64,000 nt of DNA from Candidatus Latescibacterota bacterium (GTDB taxonomy: Bacteria; Latescibacterota; UBA2968; UBA8231): contig CBDCXV010000010.1 in the NCBI GenBank assembly GCA_965223905.1, forward strand, positions 1,728,001 through 1,792,000. Reading direction: 5' to 3'. The notes below the pieces were generated by a model. It was not told the origin of the DNA, searched no databases, and saw nothing but the letters and a program-made list of their open reading frames with translations. Position 1 is the stretch's first letter; the number at the start of each line of letters is the position of its first letter. Shown piece after piece: positions 8,978 through 19,958 of the stretch. Both the position numbers and the translations under genes were made by a program.

Positions 8978-11332
8978 CTACAATTCCGCAGCGAAGGCCG
9001 CAAGGCGGCTCAGCAGCACCGCCAGGGCGACCTCTTCGGCAGCGCGGCCGTCGTCGCCCGGGGGGCTCGACCCGCCTCTTGTGAACGCCTCCAGCGCCTG
9101 CAGCACCGTCAGGAAATCGCCGCGCACCTCCCTGGCTTCGAGGTTCTCAAGCGGGGCGCTCCCCCGCATCAGGCGGGCGATGGCGGCGACGGTCCCCATC
9201 AGTCCCTCGGTGTCCTCCTCGTCGTACTGCGCCAGCGCCGTCGAGAAATGCCCCTCGAGATCGTTGCTGATCCGCCGGGCCAGGGGGGCGCGGCTCAACG
9301 ACGCCCCGGCGCGGCTGATCAGGCGCTTGACGACGGCGATGCGGCGGTGCTCGTCATAGGAGACGAGCTTGTAGAACTGGCCGCGCGCCCCGAGGCCGTT
9401 GGCGACGGCGTTGAGCAGCTGCAGACGGATCGCCGGGGAGCGGAACCGGTTCAGCCGGCGCAGTGCCGGCACGACTATGCGGCGGTCCCCCATGCCCCCG
9501 AGGACGTCGACCAGGGTGGGAAAGGTCAGCGGCTCGAAGTCGTTGGTCAGGTGCCAGAACAGCAGCTCCTGCGCCTCTTCCCCCTTGATCCCGGCCAGGG
9601 CGCGGATGGCGCTGATGCGGACCCTGGGGTCGTCGTCGTCGAGGGAGGCGATCAGCGACTCCAGGCCATCGGGAGAGCCGAGCCGGCCGAGGGCCTCGGC
9701 CGCTTCGCCGCGAATGTCGGAAGAGCGGTCGCGCAGCTCGCCGACGAGATACCCCACGGCGTCGCCAGACCGGCTTTCCCCGAGAGCGTGGGCGGCCTCG
9801 CGGCGCACCTCCGCGCTGGCGTCGTGCATGGCCTGCGCAAGCTGCTCGACCGCCAGCGGGCTGTGCGACCTGCCGAGCGCCAGGGCGGCTCGGGCGCGCC
9901 GGCTTTCGCTGGCCGACAGGCGGTAGACGGCGTTGCTGAAGAAGTAGCGCAGCAGGTTGCCCGTCGACATCTGCCGCAGCAGCGAGCGCGAGCTGATCAC
10001 GGAGCGGTCGCGCACCCTGGACAGAAGCAGGAGCGGCGCGATGCCGGCGACGGCGCTGGCGGCGAAGATGAAATGCAGCGGTCCCGCGGTCGCCCCCGGC
10101 AGTTGCAGCTCCACCCCGTCGAGACTGCGGCTCATGAAGCTGCCGAGGAGCGGCCCCAGCCCGTAGATCAGGCTGACCGAGGCCGACCAGACCGCGAGGT
10201 AGACCGGCTTCTTCGGACCCTGGGGAAGCAGGTCGAACATCAACGGCGTTATGCCGGTGCTCACCCCGGCGCCGACGAACCCGCCGATGGTCAGGGCCAC
10301 CGGGATGAGCCAGTAGCTGTCGGCGTCGGCGAAGACCCACAACAGCGGCACCGCGGCGTACGGTCCGAGCAGCAGCTGCATGACCGGCTTGCCGCCGAAG
10401 CGGTCGATCAGCCCCGCCCAGATGCGGTAACCGGAGATCGAGGCGACCATGTTGACCGCGGTAAAGATGGATATGGCCGTGTAGGAAAGGCCCAGGTGCG
10501 TGAGCATGTAGACGCTGTAGAAGGGCGCCGCCAGGCCGAGGGCGAACTGCGAGGAGCCAAAGAACAGGATCGCCCGCCTGAAGTTGCCGTCCCTCAGCGG
10601 CTCGGCGATCAGCCGCAGCTGCATCCGCTCCGAGGTCTCTCCGCCCTGGCGCGGGTACGAGGCCGCTCCCAGGGCCCGGTTGCTCACCCATCCGAGCAGG
10701 ATGCTGGCGGCGAAAACGGAGGCGAAGCCGACCTGCTTGCCGTCTTCGTCGAAGGCGTCGAGGAAGGCTCCGACGGCGATGCCGGAGACCATGGCGGCGA
10801 CCGTGGCGACGATGGTCGCGCGGCTGGTGAAGCGGGCGCGGATGGCGCGCGGAATGATGTTCGATTGCCAGCTGCCGATGTAGGGGGAGCTGAGCTGGAC
10901 GAGCAGCAGGCTGGCGCTCAGCAGGACGACGAGGAGGGGGAAGCGGTATTCCTCGGGGACGGCGAACGGGATGGCGAGGATGCTGCCGCGAAGCAGCATC
11001 GCCCCCATGCGGCTGTTGAGGATGAAGCGCTTCTCTTCCCGGAAGCGGGCGCCGATGAGAGGCGCGGCGAGCTGAGCAAGCGCCATCACCGAGATGATCG
11101 ACGACAGCAGGGCGACGGACGCGGCGTCGGCCCCCAGCCACAGGGCGTAGCCGGTCATGACCGCGGTGCTCAGGCCGGCGAACTGGCTCCAGGCGCCCCA
11201 AAGACCCTGGTGAACGGTGAAGGCGCGCATGCTGCGCACCACCTCGCCGCGGGAAGGAGCGGGGGGCGGGGCCGCGGCCCTGTCAGCAGCACCGCCGCCG
11301 GCGGCCCCCGCAGATGCTGCGCTCTCCTCCAT
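8978..11332 (-). CDS. MFS transporter fused to a C-terminal HEAT-repeat domain
   Basis: About 12 hydrophobic segments with an MFS motif (WAGLIDRFGGK), then HEAT-like repeats (VRREAAHALG, IRGEAAEALG, VRISAIRALA). Confidence 0.85.
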   Translation of the reverse strand: MEESAASAGAAGGGAADRAAAPPPAPSRGEVVRSMRAFTVHQGLWGAWSQFAGLSTAVMTGYALWLGADAASVALLSSIISVMALAQLAAPLIGARFREEKRFILNSRMGAMLLRGSILAIPFAVPEEYRFPLLVVLLSASLLLVQLSSPYIGSWQSNIIPRAIRARFTSRATIVATVAAMVSGIAVGAFLDAFDEDGKQVGFASVFAASILLGWVSNRALGAASYPRQGGETSERMQLRLIAEPLRDGNFRRAILFFGSSQFALGLAAPFYSVYMLTHLGLSYTAISIFTAVNMVASISGYRIWAGLIDRFGGKPVMQLLLGPYAAVPLLWVFADADSYWLIPVALTIGGFVGAGVSTGITPLMFDLLPQGPKKPVYLAVWSASVSLIYGLGPLLGSFMSRSLDGVELQLPGATAGPLHFIFAASAVAGIAPLLLLSRVRDRSVISSRSLLRQMSTGNLLRYFFSNAVYRLSASESRRARAALALGRSHSPLAVEQLAQAMHDASAEVRREAAHALGESRSGDAVGYLVGELRDRSSDIRGEAAEALGRLGSPDGLESLIASLDDDDPRVRISAIRALAGIKGEEAQELLFWHLTNDFEPLTFPTLVDVLGGMGDRRIVVPALRRLNRFRSPAIRLQLLNAVANGLGARGQFYKLVSYDEHRRIAVVKRLISRAGASLSRAPLARRISNDLEGHFSTALAQYDEEDTEGLMGTVAAIARLMRGSAPLENLEAREVRGDFLTVLQALEAFTRGGSSPPGDDGRAAEEVALAVLLSRLAAFAAEL

Positions 11333-11375
11333 GGTGCCGGCCGTCGGCCGCCCTCCGGAGAGGGCGGCCGAGAGG

Positions 11376-12233
11376 TCAGAAGACTTCGCTCTCCTCGCTC
11401 AGGCTGAGCAGGGGTTCGTAGAGCTTGGGGCTGCGCAGCTTGCCGAGGGCGCGCTCCTTGAGCTGGCGGACGCGCTCCCGGGTCAGCCCCATCAGGCGGC
11501 CGATCTGCTCCAGGGTCAGCGGATCTTCGCCGTTGAGACCGAAGTAGTTCATGATGATGTACTGCTCGCGGTCGTCGAGGTGCAGCAGCGCCCTGTCGAC
11601 CTGGGCCTTTGCCGACTCGTCGAGCAAGCCCTCGTCCGGGGCCTGCTGGCCCTCGTCCGGCAGGACGTTCATCAAGGTGCGCTCGTCGTCGTCGAAGGTC
11701 TCGTCGAGAGAGCGGGGCTGGCGGGCGCTGAGGATGGCGTCGAGCACCTCTTCGGGGGCGATCTCGAGCTCCTCGGCGATCTGCTCGAACTTCTGCTCCC
11801 CCTCCCCTTCGAGGCCGAGCTTGCGCGAGACCTTGGAAATGTCCTTGAGCAGGCTCAGCTTGTTCAGGGGCAGGCGCACGGTGCGCGCCTCGTCGGCGAT
11901 GGTCTGCAGGATCGACTGGCGGATCCACCAGACGGCGTAGGAGATGAACTTGAAGCCCTTGGTGCCGTCGAAGCGGTCGGCTGCCGTCATCAGGCCGACG
12001 TTGCCGGCGCTGATCAGCTCGGGAAGCGACAGACCGCGGTTCTGGTAGTTCTTGGCGACGTCGACGACGAAGCGCAGGTTGGCCTGCACCAGCTCCTCGC
12101 GCGCCTCCATGTCGCCGAGCTTGATGCGGGCGGCGAGAGCGACCTCCTGCTCTCGGGCCAGGGGTCGCGAATCTGCGATATCGTCGAAATACTGCCGCAG
12201 GGCGGATTCGTCATCTTTGGTCAGGAGTCGCAT
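11376..12233 (-). CDS. Sigma-70 family RNA polymerase sigma factor, short RpoD/SigA type lacking region 1.1
   Basis: ANLRFVVDVAKNY, ELISAGNVGL, FDGTKGFKFISYAVWWIRQSI, RTVRLP, TLEQIG...LTRERVRQ; 285 aa. Confidence 0.95.
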   Translation of the reverse strand: MRLLTKDDESALRQYFDDIADSRPLAREQEVALAARIKLGDMEAREELVQANLRFVVDVAKNYQNRGLSLPELISAGNVGLMTAADRFDGTKGFKFISYAVWWIRQSILQTIADEARTVRLPLNKLSLLKDISKVSRKLGLEGEGEQKFEQIAEELEIAPEEVLDAILSARQPRSLDETFDDDERTLMNVLPDEGQQAPDEGLLDESAKAQVDRALLHLDDREQYIIMNYFGLNGEDPLTLEQIGRLMGLTRERVRQLKERALGKLRSPKLYEPLLSLSEESEVF

Positions 12234-12464
12234 GGTATCCTCTCAATAGCTGCGCAATTCTTGCAGGGAGGACCTGGCAGTTCGCCTCGAGGTTTCCCTA
12301 ACAACTTGTTATTAATGTTTTTACAGTCAATTTCCCGACGGTGGAGAATGCAGAATTTGCGCTATTCCGCGGATCGTCTTTCCGCTTCGCTCCGCAGGAC
12401 CGGACTGGCTGACCCGCGATAGAGGGAAGAGAAGCGATCGTTTTTCTCCGGCACCCGCTAGCCA

Positions 12465-12480
12465 TGCAAATGCGGTGCCA
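12465..12480 (-). promoter_or_regulatory. Sigma54 (-24/-12) promoter upstream of the sigma70 gene
   Basis: The minus strand reads TGGCAC-CGCAT-TTGCA, an exact match to TGGCAC-N5-TTGC(A/T), in a long intergenic region and oriented toward the sigma gene. Confidence 0.8.
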
Positions 12481-12498
12481 GCTAATGAATCACCGATG

Positions 12499-12511
12499 TA
12501 ACATATTGAAA
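12499..12511 (-). promoter_or_regulatory. Putative IHF site
   Basis: TTTCAA-TATG-TTA, close to WATCAA-N4-TTR, at about -45 to -57 from the predicted sigma54 start site. Confidence 0.5.
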
Positions 12512-12569
12512 ACGAATGGATTGCAGTGCCGGTAGCCGCAGCGGAACCGGTCGCCGGTGCGGTAACCAA

Positions 12570-12582
12570 TGCAACATTTGCA
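12570..12582. promoter_or_regulatory. Putative enhancer (UAS) palindrome for a sigma54 activator
   Basis: TGCAA-CAT-TTGCA inverted repeat at about -116 to -128 from the predicted start site. Confidence 0.4.
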
Positions 12583-12667
12583 CGATTTTCCGCCGCGGCT
12601 GACGCACCGCGTGTCTGGACCGGCACTCCTGCCGGCCGTCGCAGCGCAAGTACTCGGGAGCTCCGGG

Positions 12668-13641
12668 TCAGGAAATGGCGACCCGGCGGCCCTCCCTCGC
12701 CGAGATCTCTCCCTGGAGGCTGATCCGCACCGCCTCCCGGGCGAGCTGGAGATCGGCCTTCCATGCGGACGGCCCACCGGCCACCTCGGCAACGAACCGG
12801 CTTTCGAGAGAAGGGGCCTCGGCCGCCGGGGGGTGAACTCTCTGCGAGCCGGCCCGGGACGACAGGGTCCACCCATCGTCTGCCGCGGCCAGGCGGCCGC
12901 CGGCGAGCAGCAACTGCCGCCTCTGCTCCGCCTGCGCGACCTCGACCCCTCCCGCCCAGGTCCAGACCGCTGTCCCCCCCGATTCGAATCCCGCGGTCAG
13001 GGTATTGACGAAGGACCGGTAGCGGCCCGAGCCGCGGTCGAGGCCGGCGTACTGCGCGTGCGCCTGCACCCAGGCCGCGGGCCCGAAGAGGTCGACGAGC
13101 GGGTACACGTGGTAGATGAAGAACAGCATCGGGGGCCCGGATACCTGCAGGTTGAACAGCACTTCCGGGCGCGCCCCGCGGCCCGGAGTCACGCGCGTGA
13201 ACTCGGCGAGCTGCATAGGGCCGAGGGCGGCCACCTGCCGGCGCAGCCACTCATGTTCGCCCGATACCGCTTCCTCGTGGGCGACGCGGACGACGAGGCC
13301 CTTCATGCGCGCCGTCCGCACAACGCTCTCCGCTTCCTCGAGGCTGCGGGCGAGGGGATACTCGGTGAAGACCGGCTTGCCCGCCTCGAGAGCTGCCAGG
13401 GCGATGGCCCCGTGGCTGTCGTTGCTGGTGCAGATGACGACGGCGTCGACCTCGTCGCTGGCCACCAGCTCCCGCCAGTCGCCGAGCAGGGGAACCCCGT
13501 ACTGCCGCGCCAGCGGCGCGCCTGTCGCGGGATTTCGCGCCGCCAGGGCGGTGACGCGGCACCCCTCGAGCCCGGCGAAGGCGCGCAGGCGCTGGGCGGC
13601 CATGCCGCCGGAGCCGACGACGCCGGCGCGCAGGGACCCCT

Positions 13642-13645
<4 letters not shown>
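12668..13645 (-). CDS. Gfo/Idh/MocA-family oxidoreductase
   Basis: RAGVVGSGGMA, VDAVVICTSNDSH, ALEAGKPVFTEYPLA; translationally coupled to selB. Confidence 0.9.
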
Positions 13646-15540
<1,895 letters not shown>

Positions 15541-15644
15541 AGGGTATGGGTGAAAGATAACCGCCGCCGCGGGGCGGCCTCAAACCCGGAACAGGAAGAT
15601 CCTTTCTTGATGAGGCGCGCCGGCCTGGGCTTTATTTCCGCACC

Positions 15645-16277
15645 ATGGCGGATGTCCTGCACATAGACCCGGATCACCTGAAAGGGCGCTGGCTGCGCCG
15701 CGCCGCGGAGGTGCTGCGCGACGGAGGGATCGTCATCTATCCGACGGATACGATCTACGGGTTCGGATGCGACATCGAGGTCAAGAACGCCATCGAGCGC
15801 ATCCGGCAGCTCAAGGGACGGGAGGCGAAGAAACCGATGTCCTTCCTCTGCTCCGACCTGACCGCGATCAGCCGTTACGCCCGGGTCACCAACTTCTCCT
15901 ACCGCATTCTGAAGCGCTTTCTCCCGGGGCCGTACACCTTCGTGCTCCCGGCGACCCGGGAGACGCCGCGCATTCTGCGCAGCAGGCAGAAGACGGTCGG
16001 CATCCGCATCCCCGATCACCCGCTGACCCAAGGCCTGGTCAGGGAGCTCGGCAGTCCCATCCTCAGCACCAGCGCCAACCGCAGCGAGCAGGAGGTGCTC
16101 ACCGACCCTGTGGACCTCGAAAGGGAATTCGGTTCCCGCGTCGACCTGATCCTCGAATGCGGCGTGCTGCCGGTGCAGCCGAGCACCGTCGTCTCCCTGG
16201 TGGGGGACGAGGTCGAGGTGCTGCGGGAAGGCCGGGGAGACGTCGAGTTCTTCAGGCAGCAACAAGCGGGATCATGA
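15645..16277 (+). CDS. Sua5/YciO/YrdC-family protein (threonylcarbamoyl-AMP synthase-like, YciO type)
   Basis: IYPTDTIYGFGCD, K-x-R...KP, LPGPYT, VGIRIPD, STSAN, PSTVV. Confidence 0.92.
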   Translation: MADVLHIDPDHLKGRWLRRAAEVLRDGGIVIYPTDTIYGFGCDIEVKNAIERIRQLKGREAKKPMSFLCSDLTAISRYARVTNFSYRILKRFLPGPYTFVLPATRETPRILRSRQKTVGIRIPDHPLTQGLVRELGSPILSTSANRSEQEVLTDPVDLEREFGSRVDLILECGVLPVQPSTVVSLVGDEVEVLREGRGDVEFFRQQQAGS

Positions 16278-18796
16278 TTCCCCCCGGCGGTCCCGGCGTG
16301 GCTGAGCCGGCGAAGTCGAACCGTATCCGCAGTCGCCGCGGTCGTTTGAGGGCCGCGGTCGCCGTTTTGCTGGCCTCGGCTTCGTCCGCAGGCGCAAACA
16401 GTTTCGACCCTGTCCAACCCTTCGCACCCTACTCCGAGCGCAGCGAGTTCATGCCCGCGGTCCCCGGGGCGCACGGCGGGCTCTACGGTTTCGTCAATCC
16501 CGCGGTGCTCACCCACGTCCGCGGCCTGGAGTCGACCTTCGCCTGGTCGGACCGCGGCCGCGGCGGCCGCAACGAATGGGGGATGTTCACCGCCCTCCCC
16601 CGGATCGGTTTCGGCCTCTTGCGGCAGTCCCCGGCCGACCGGCGCGGGGCGGAAGTGGACGAGTACCGGCTCGCCTTCTCCGGCGGGGACCGCGCCGCCA
16701 GCTTCGGTGCCGGTTTCGGCTGGGGAAGAGGCCCGCGCTCCCTGCGGCCGCAGAGCCTGTTCTCCTTCGGCTCGCTGCTGAGGCCTTCCCCCCACCTGTC
16801 TCTGGGCCTCACCTGGACCTCCGATCTGCGGGCGCGGGCCCGGGAAGCAGCGGTGGACGTAGGGGTACGGCCGCTCGGATCGCCGCGGCTCACCCTTTTC
16901 GCCGACGCCGCGATGGCCAACGACAGGGCCGGCGGGGACCGCTTCTGGAGTGCCGGCGCCGCCGTCGAGCTGTGGTACGGCCTCGCCATCAGCGCCCGCT
17001 ACCGCGACGACGGCGTCGCCGCCCTCGGCCTGCGGCTCGGACTCGGGGAAAGCGCCGTTCAGACCGGGCGCCTAGTCGATCTGCGCGGCGACGGCGGCGA
17101 GAGCTCGCGCGGCCTGTACTCGGTGAGCCTCGCCGGTTTCCAGGGAGATGGCCTCGCCCCGCTGAAGCCCCGGCGCCCGCGTTACCTGCACCTGAAGCTC
17201 GACGGTCCGGTGAGGTACCGCCGCCACGCCCTGTTCGACCGCTCGCGCACGCTGCTCTCCCTGCTCTCCCTGATCGAGCGCGCCCGCACCGACCCCGGGA
17301 TCCGCGGCGTCGCCCTCAACCTCTCGGGGATCCGCATCGGCTACGAAAACAGCTGGGAGCTGCGGCAGCAACTACAGGCCCTGCGCGACGACGGCAAGCG
17401 GGTCGTGGTCTACATCGACCACGCCGGCCTGCGCCACTACCACCTCGCCTCGGTCGCCGACCGCATCCTCCTCGACCCGTCCGGCCTTCTGATGCTCGAG
17501 GGCTTCGTCGCCGGCGGCACCTACCTCAAGGGAGCCCTCGACCGGATCGGCGTCGGCGTCGAGGAGCTGCGCTACCGGGAGTACAAGTCCGCCCTGGAGC
17601 CGCTGGTCCGCGACTCGATGTCCGCTGAAGACAGGGAGCAGTGGCAGGCCTTCGTCGACGACGTGTACGCCAGCGCCCGCGCCGACATCGCCGCGGCTCG
17701 CGGCCTGGAGATGGAGGAGGTCGACCGGCTCGTCGACGAGGTCACCCTGTTCCTCCCCGAGGACGCCCGCGGCCACGGACTTGTCGACACCCTGGCCCGC
17801 TGGGACGCCGTCGATGCCGTCATCGAGTCCCTGGAGGGCCGGCCGGTGGCCAAGGCCGGGCCCGCCTCGATTGCGCCGCGGCGCGACCGCTCCTGGGGGG
17901 AGCCCCCGCGGCTCGCCGTGCTCTACGCCCTCGGTGTCTGCGCGATGGATACCGGCATCGGCGCCCGCAGGCTGGTCGCCGATATCGAGCGCGTCAGGGA
18001 AGACGACCGCGTCAAGGCGGTGGTCCTGCGCGTCGACTCGCCCGGGGGCGAAGTGCTGGCCTCCGACCTGGTCGCCGACGCGGTGCGCCGCCTCAAAGAG
18101 GAGAAGCCGGTGATCGTCTCGCAGGGGGCGGTCGCGGCCTCGGGCGGGTACTGGATCTCGATGTACGCCGACAGCATCGTCGCCGCGCCGGTCACCCTGA
18201 CCGGATCGATCGGGGTGATTTACGGGTGGTTCTACAATCGCGGACTCAAGGAAAAGCTCGGCCTCGCCACCGACCACGTCCGCGCCGGGGCGCGCGCCGA
18301 CCTGCCGTTCGGCATGGAGCTGCCCCTCTTGGGAACGCTGCCGGACCGCAACCTCCGGGACGACGAGCGCGCCATCGTTTCCGCGGCGATGCGCGCCACC
18401 TACGACCGTTTCGTCGGGGAAGTCGCCTCCGCCCGCGGGCAACCGATCGAAGCCATCGAGGCGGTCGCCAAGGGACGCATCTGGTCGGGATCGCAGGCAC
18501 TGGAGGCCGGGCTGGTAGACGAGCTCGGGGGGCTGATGGCGGCGCTGCGGCTCGCCAGGGAGCGCGCCGGACTGAAGCCGGACCGGCCTGTCGTCATCGA
18601 CGAGCACCCCCGGCTCGGCCTGATCGATTGGGACCGGCTCGCCCCGAGCCTGATCGGCCAGCAGCTGTCGATCACCGCATATCGCGGTTTCGGCGAGCAG
18701 CTGCTCTTCCGCCTGGAGCGCAGGGGGCAGCCGCTGCTGCTCGGCTCCGAGCGGACCACCTCGTGGTATATGCGGGACGGGCGGCTCGCGGAATGA
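16274..18796 (+). CDS. sppA: Signal peptide peptidase SppA (67K type, two S49 domains) with an N-terminal predicted beta-barrel
   Basis: YKSA (Lys), LRVDSPGG, AASGGYW (Ser), TGSIGV, GRIWSG. N-terminal signal peptide and ~280 aa of alternating beta-strand pattern. The ATG at 16274 overlaps the upstream stop. Confidence 0.88.
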   Translation: MIPPGGPGVAEPAKSNRIRSRRGRLRAAVAVLLASASSAGANSFDPVQPFAPYSERSEFMPAVPGAHGGLYGFVNPAVLTHVRGLESTFAWSDRGRGGRNEWGMFTALPRIGFGLLRQSPADRRGAEVDEYRLAFSGGDRAASFGAGFGWGRGPRSLRPQSLFSFGSLLRPSPHLSLGLTWTSDLRARAREAAVDVGVRPLGSPRLTLFADAAMANDRAGGDRFWSAGAAVELWYGLAISARYRDDGVAALGLRLGLGESAVQTGRLVDLRGDGGESSRGLYSVSLAGFQGDGLAPLKPRRPRYLHLKLDGPVRYRRHALFDRSRTLLSLLSLIERARTDPGIRGVALNLSGIRIGYENSWELRQQLQALRDDGKRVVVYIDHAGLRHYHLASVADRILLDPSGLLMLEGFVAGGTYLKGALDRIGVGVEELRYREYKSALEPLVRDSMSAEDREQWQAFVDDVYASARADIAAARGLEMEEVDRLVDEVTLFLPEDARGHGLVDTLARWDAVDAVIESLEGRPVAKAGPASIAPRRDRSWGEPPRLAVLYALGVCAMDTGIGARRLVADIERVREDDRVKAVVLRVDSPGGEVLASDLVADAVRRLKEEKPVIVSQGAVAASGGYWISMYADSIVAAPVTLTGSIGVIYGWFYNRGLKEKLGLATDHVRAGARADLPFGMELPLLGTLPDRNLRDDERAIVSAAMRATYDRFVGEVASARGQPIEAIEAVAKGRIWSGSQALEAGLVDELGGLMAALRLARERAGLKPDRPVVIDEHPRLGLIDWDRLAPSLIGQQLSITAYRGFGEQLLFRLERRGQPLLLGSERTTSWYMRDGRLAE

Positions 18797-18805
18797 GGGC
18801 GCTGG

Positions 18806-19597
18806 TCAGGCCCAGGCCCCCTTTGCCATCATGCCGCCGTCGACGCAGACGTACTCGCCGGTCATGAAGGAGGCCCCGTCGCTGGCGAGAAAAACCGCGA
18901 CGTTGCCGATCTCGCTCGGCTGACCGATACGGTTCATGGGGTGGACGGCCCCCCAGATCTCCTTCATCTCGTCGAACGACTTGCCCAAGCCGTCGGCGGC
19001 GTCGGTGACCAGCGGCGTCTCGATGGTGCCCGGGTTGATCGCCAGCACGCGGATGTTGTCCTCGGCGTACTCGAGGGCGAGCTGCCGCGTCAGCGACAGG
19101 ATCCCCCCCTTGCTGGCGGCATAGGGCGCGACCCCCTTCATCGACTGCAACCCCTGGACGCTGGCGGTATTTATGATGGCGCCGCCGCCGCGCTTCATCA
19201 TCTCCGGCACGCAGAGCCGCGTCATCAGGAAGAAGCTCTTGAGGTTGATGTCGATGATGCGGTCCCACTGTTCCTCCTTCAGCTCGTGGGCGGGGACGTA
19301 GCTGTCGGCCGGCTGGATGCCGACGTTGTTGCAGAGCACGTCGACCCCTCCCCAATCCGACACGGCGCGCGCGACGAGGGTCTCGCAGTCGGCGTTGAGC
19401 GAGACGTCCGCCTTCTGAAAGCGGATCTCGCCGCGGCCGGCGCTCTCCCTGTCGCCGGCCAGGGCCTCCCCCGTCTCCTCGTTGACGTCGCCGCACAGCA
19501 CCTTGGCCCCTGCCTGGGCGAAGGCCTCGCAGATGCCGCGCCCGATCCCCTGACCGCCGCCCGTCACGATTACGACTTTGCCATCGAATTCCGCCAT
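18806..19597 (-). CDS. Short-chain dehydrogenase/reductase (SDR)
   Basis: TGGGQGIG, NNVG, YAASK, NPG, FMTG...VDGG. Confidence 0.95.
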   Translation of the reverse strand: MAEFDGKVVIVTGGGQGIGRGICEAFAQAGAKVLCGDVNEETGEALAGDRESAGRGEIRFQKADVSLNADCETLVARAVSDWGGVDVLCNNVGIQPADSYVPAHELKEEQWDRIIDINLKSFFLMTRLCVPEMMKRGGGAIINTASVQGLQSMKGVAPYAASKGGILSLTRQLALEYAEDNIRVLAINPGTIETPLVTDAADGLGKSFDEMKEIWGAVHPMNRIGQPSEIGNVAVFLASDGASFMTGEYVCVDGGMMAKGAWA

Positions 19598-19958
19598 CTG
19601 TATCTCCTGTCTGTTTCGGTTTCGACGGGTTCCTCGGGGGGCTTGCAACAAAGGCCTGCCTCCCCACCCGTCAGTGGTCGATGCCGTTTCTACGGGCAGG
19701 CGAATATATCCGGTTCGAGACCTTCCTCAAGAGACGGACGGGTGCATTGCGGCGCCATTTCCGGCAGGGCTCCATACCGGGGTACCGCACTCTTTTTCCA
19801 TGGATGGATCGAGGAGAACTGCCAACCCATTACAGAGGGCTCGGCGAGGCACTTCGACTCGATCGCCGCAAGGGAACCTCGGGACCGAACCGGATGAGCC
19901 GGGTTTTTCGGCTCGGCAGGGAAGGCAACGACACGGCCCCCTCGCGATTTCACCCGCT

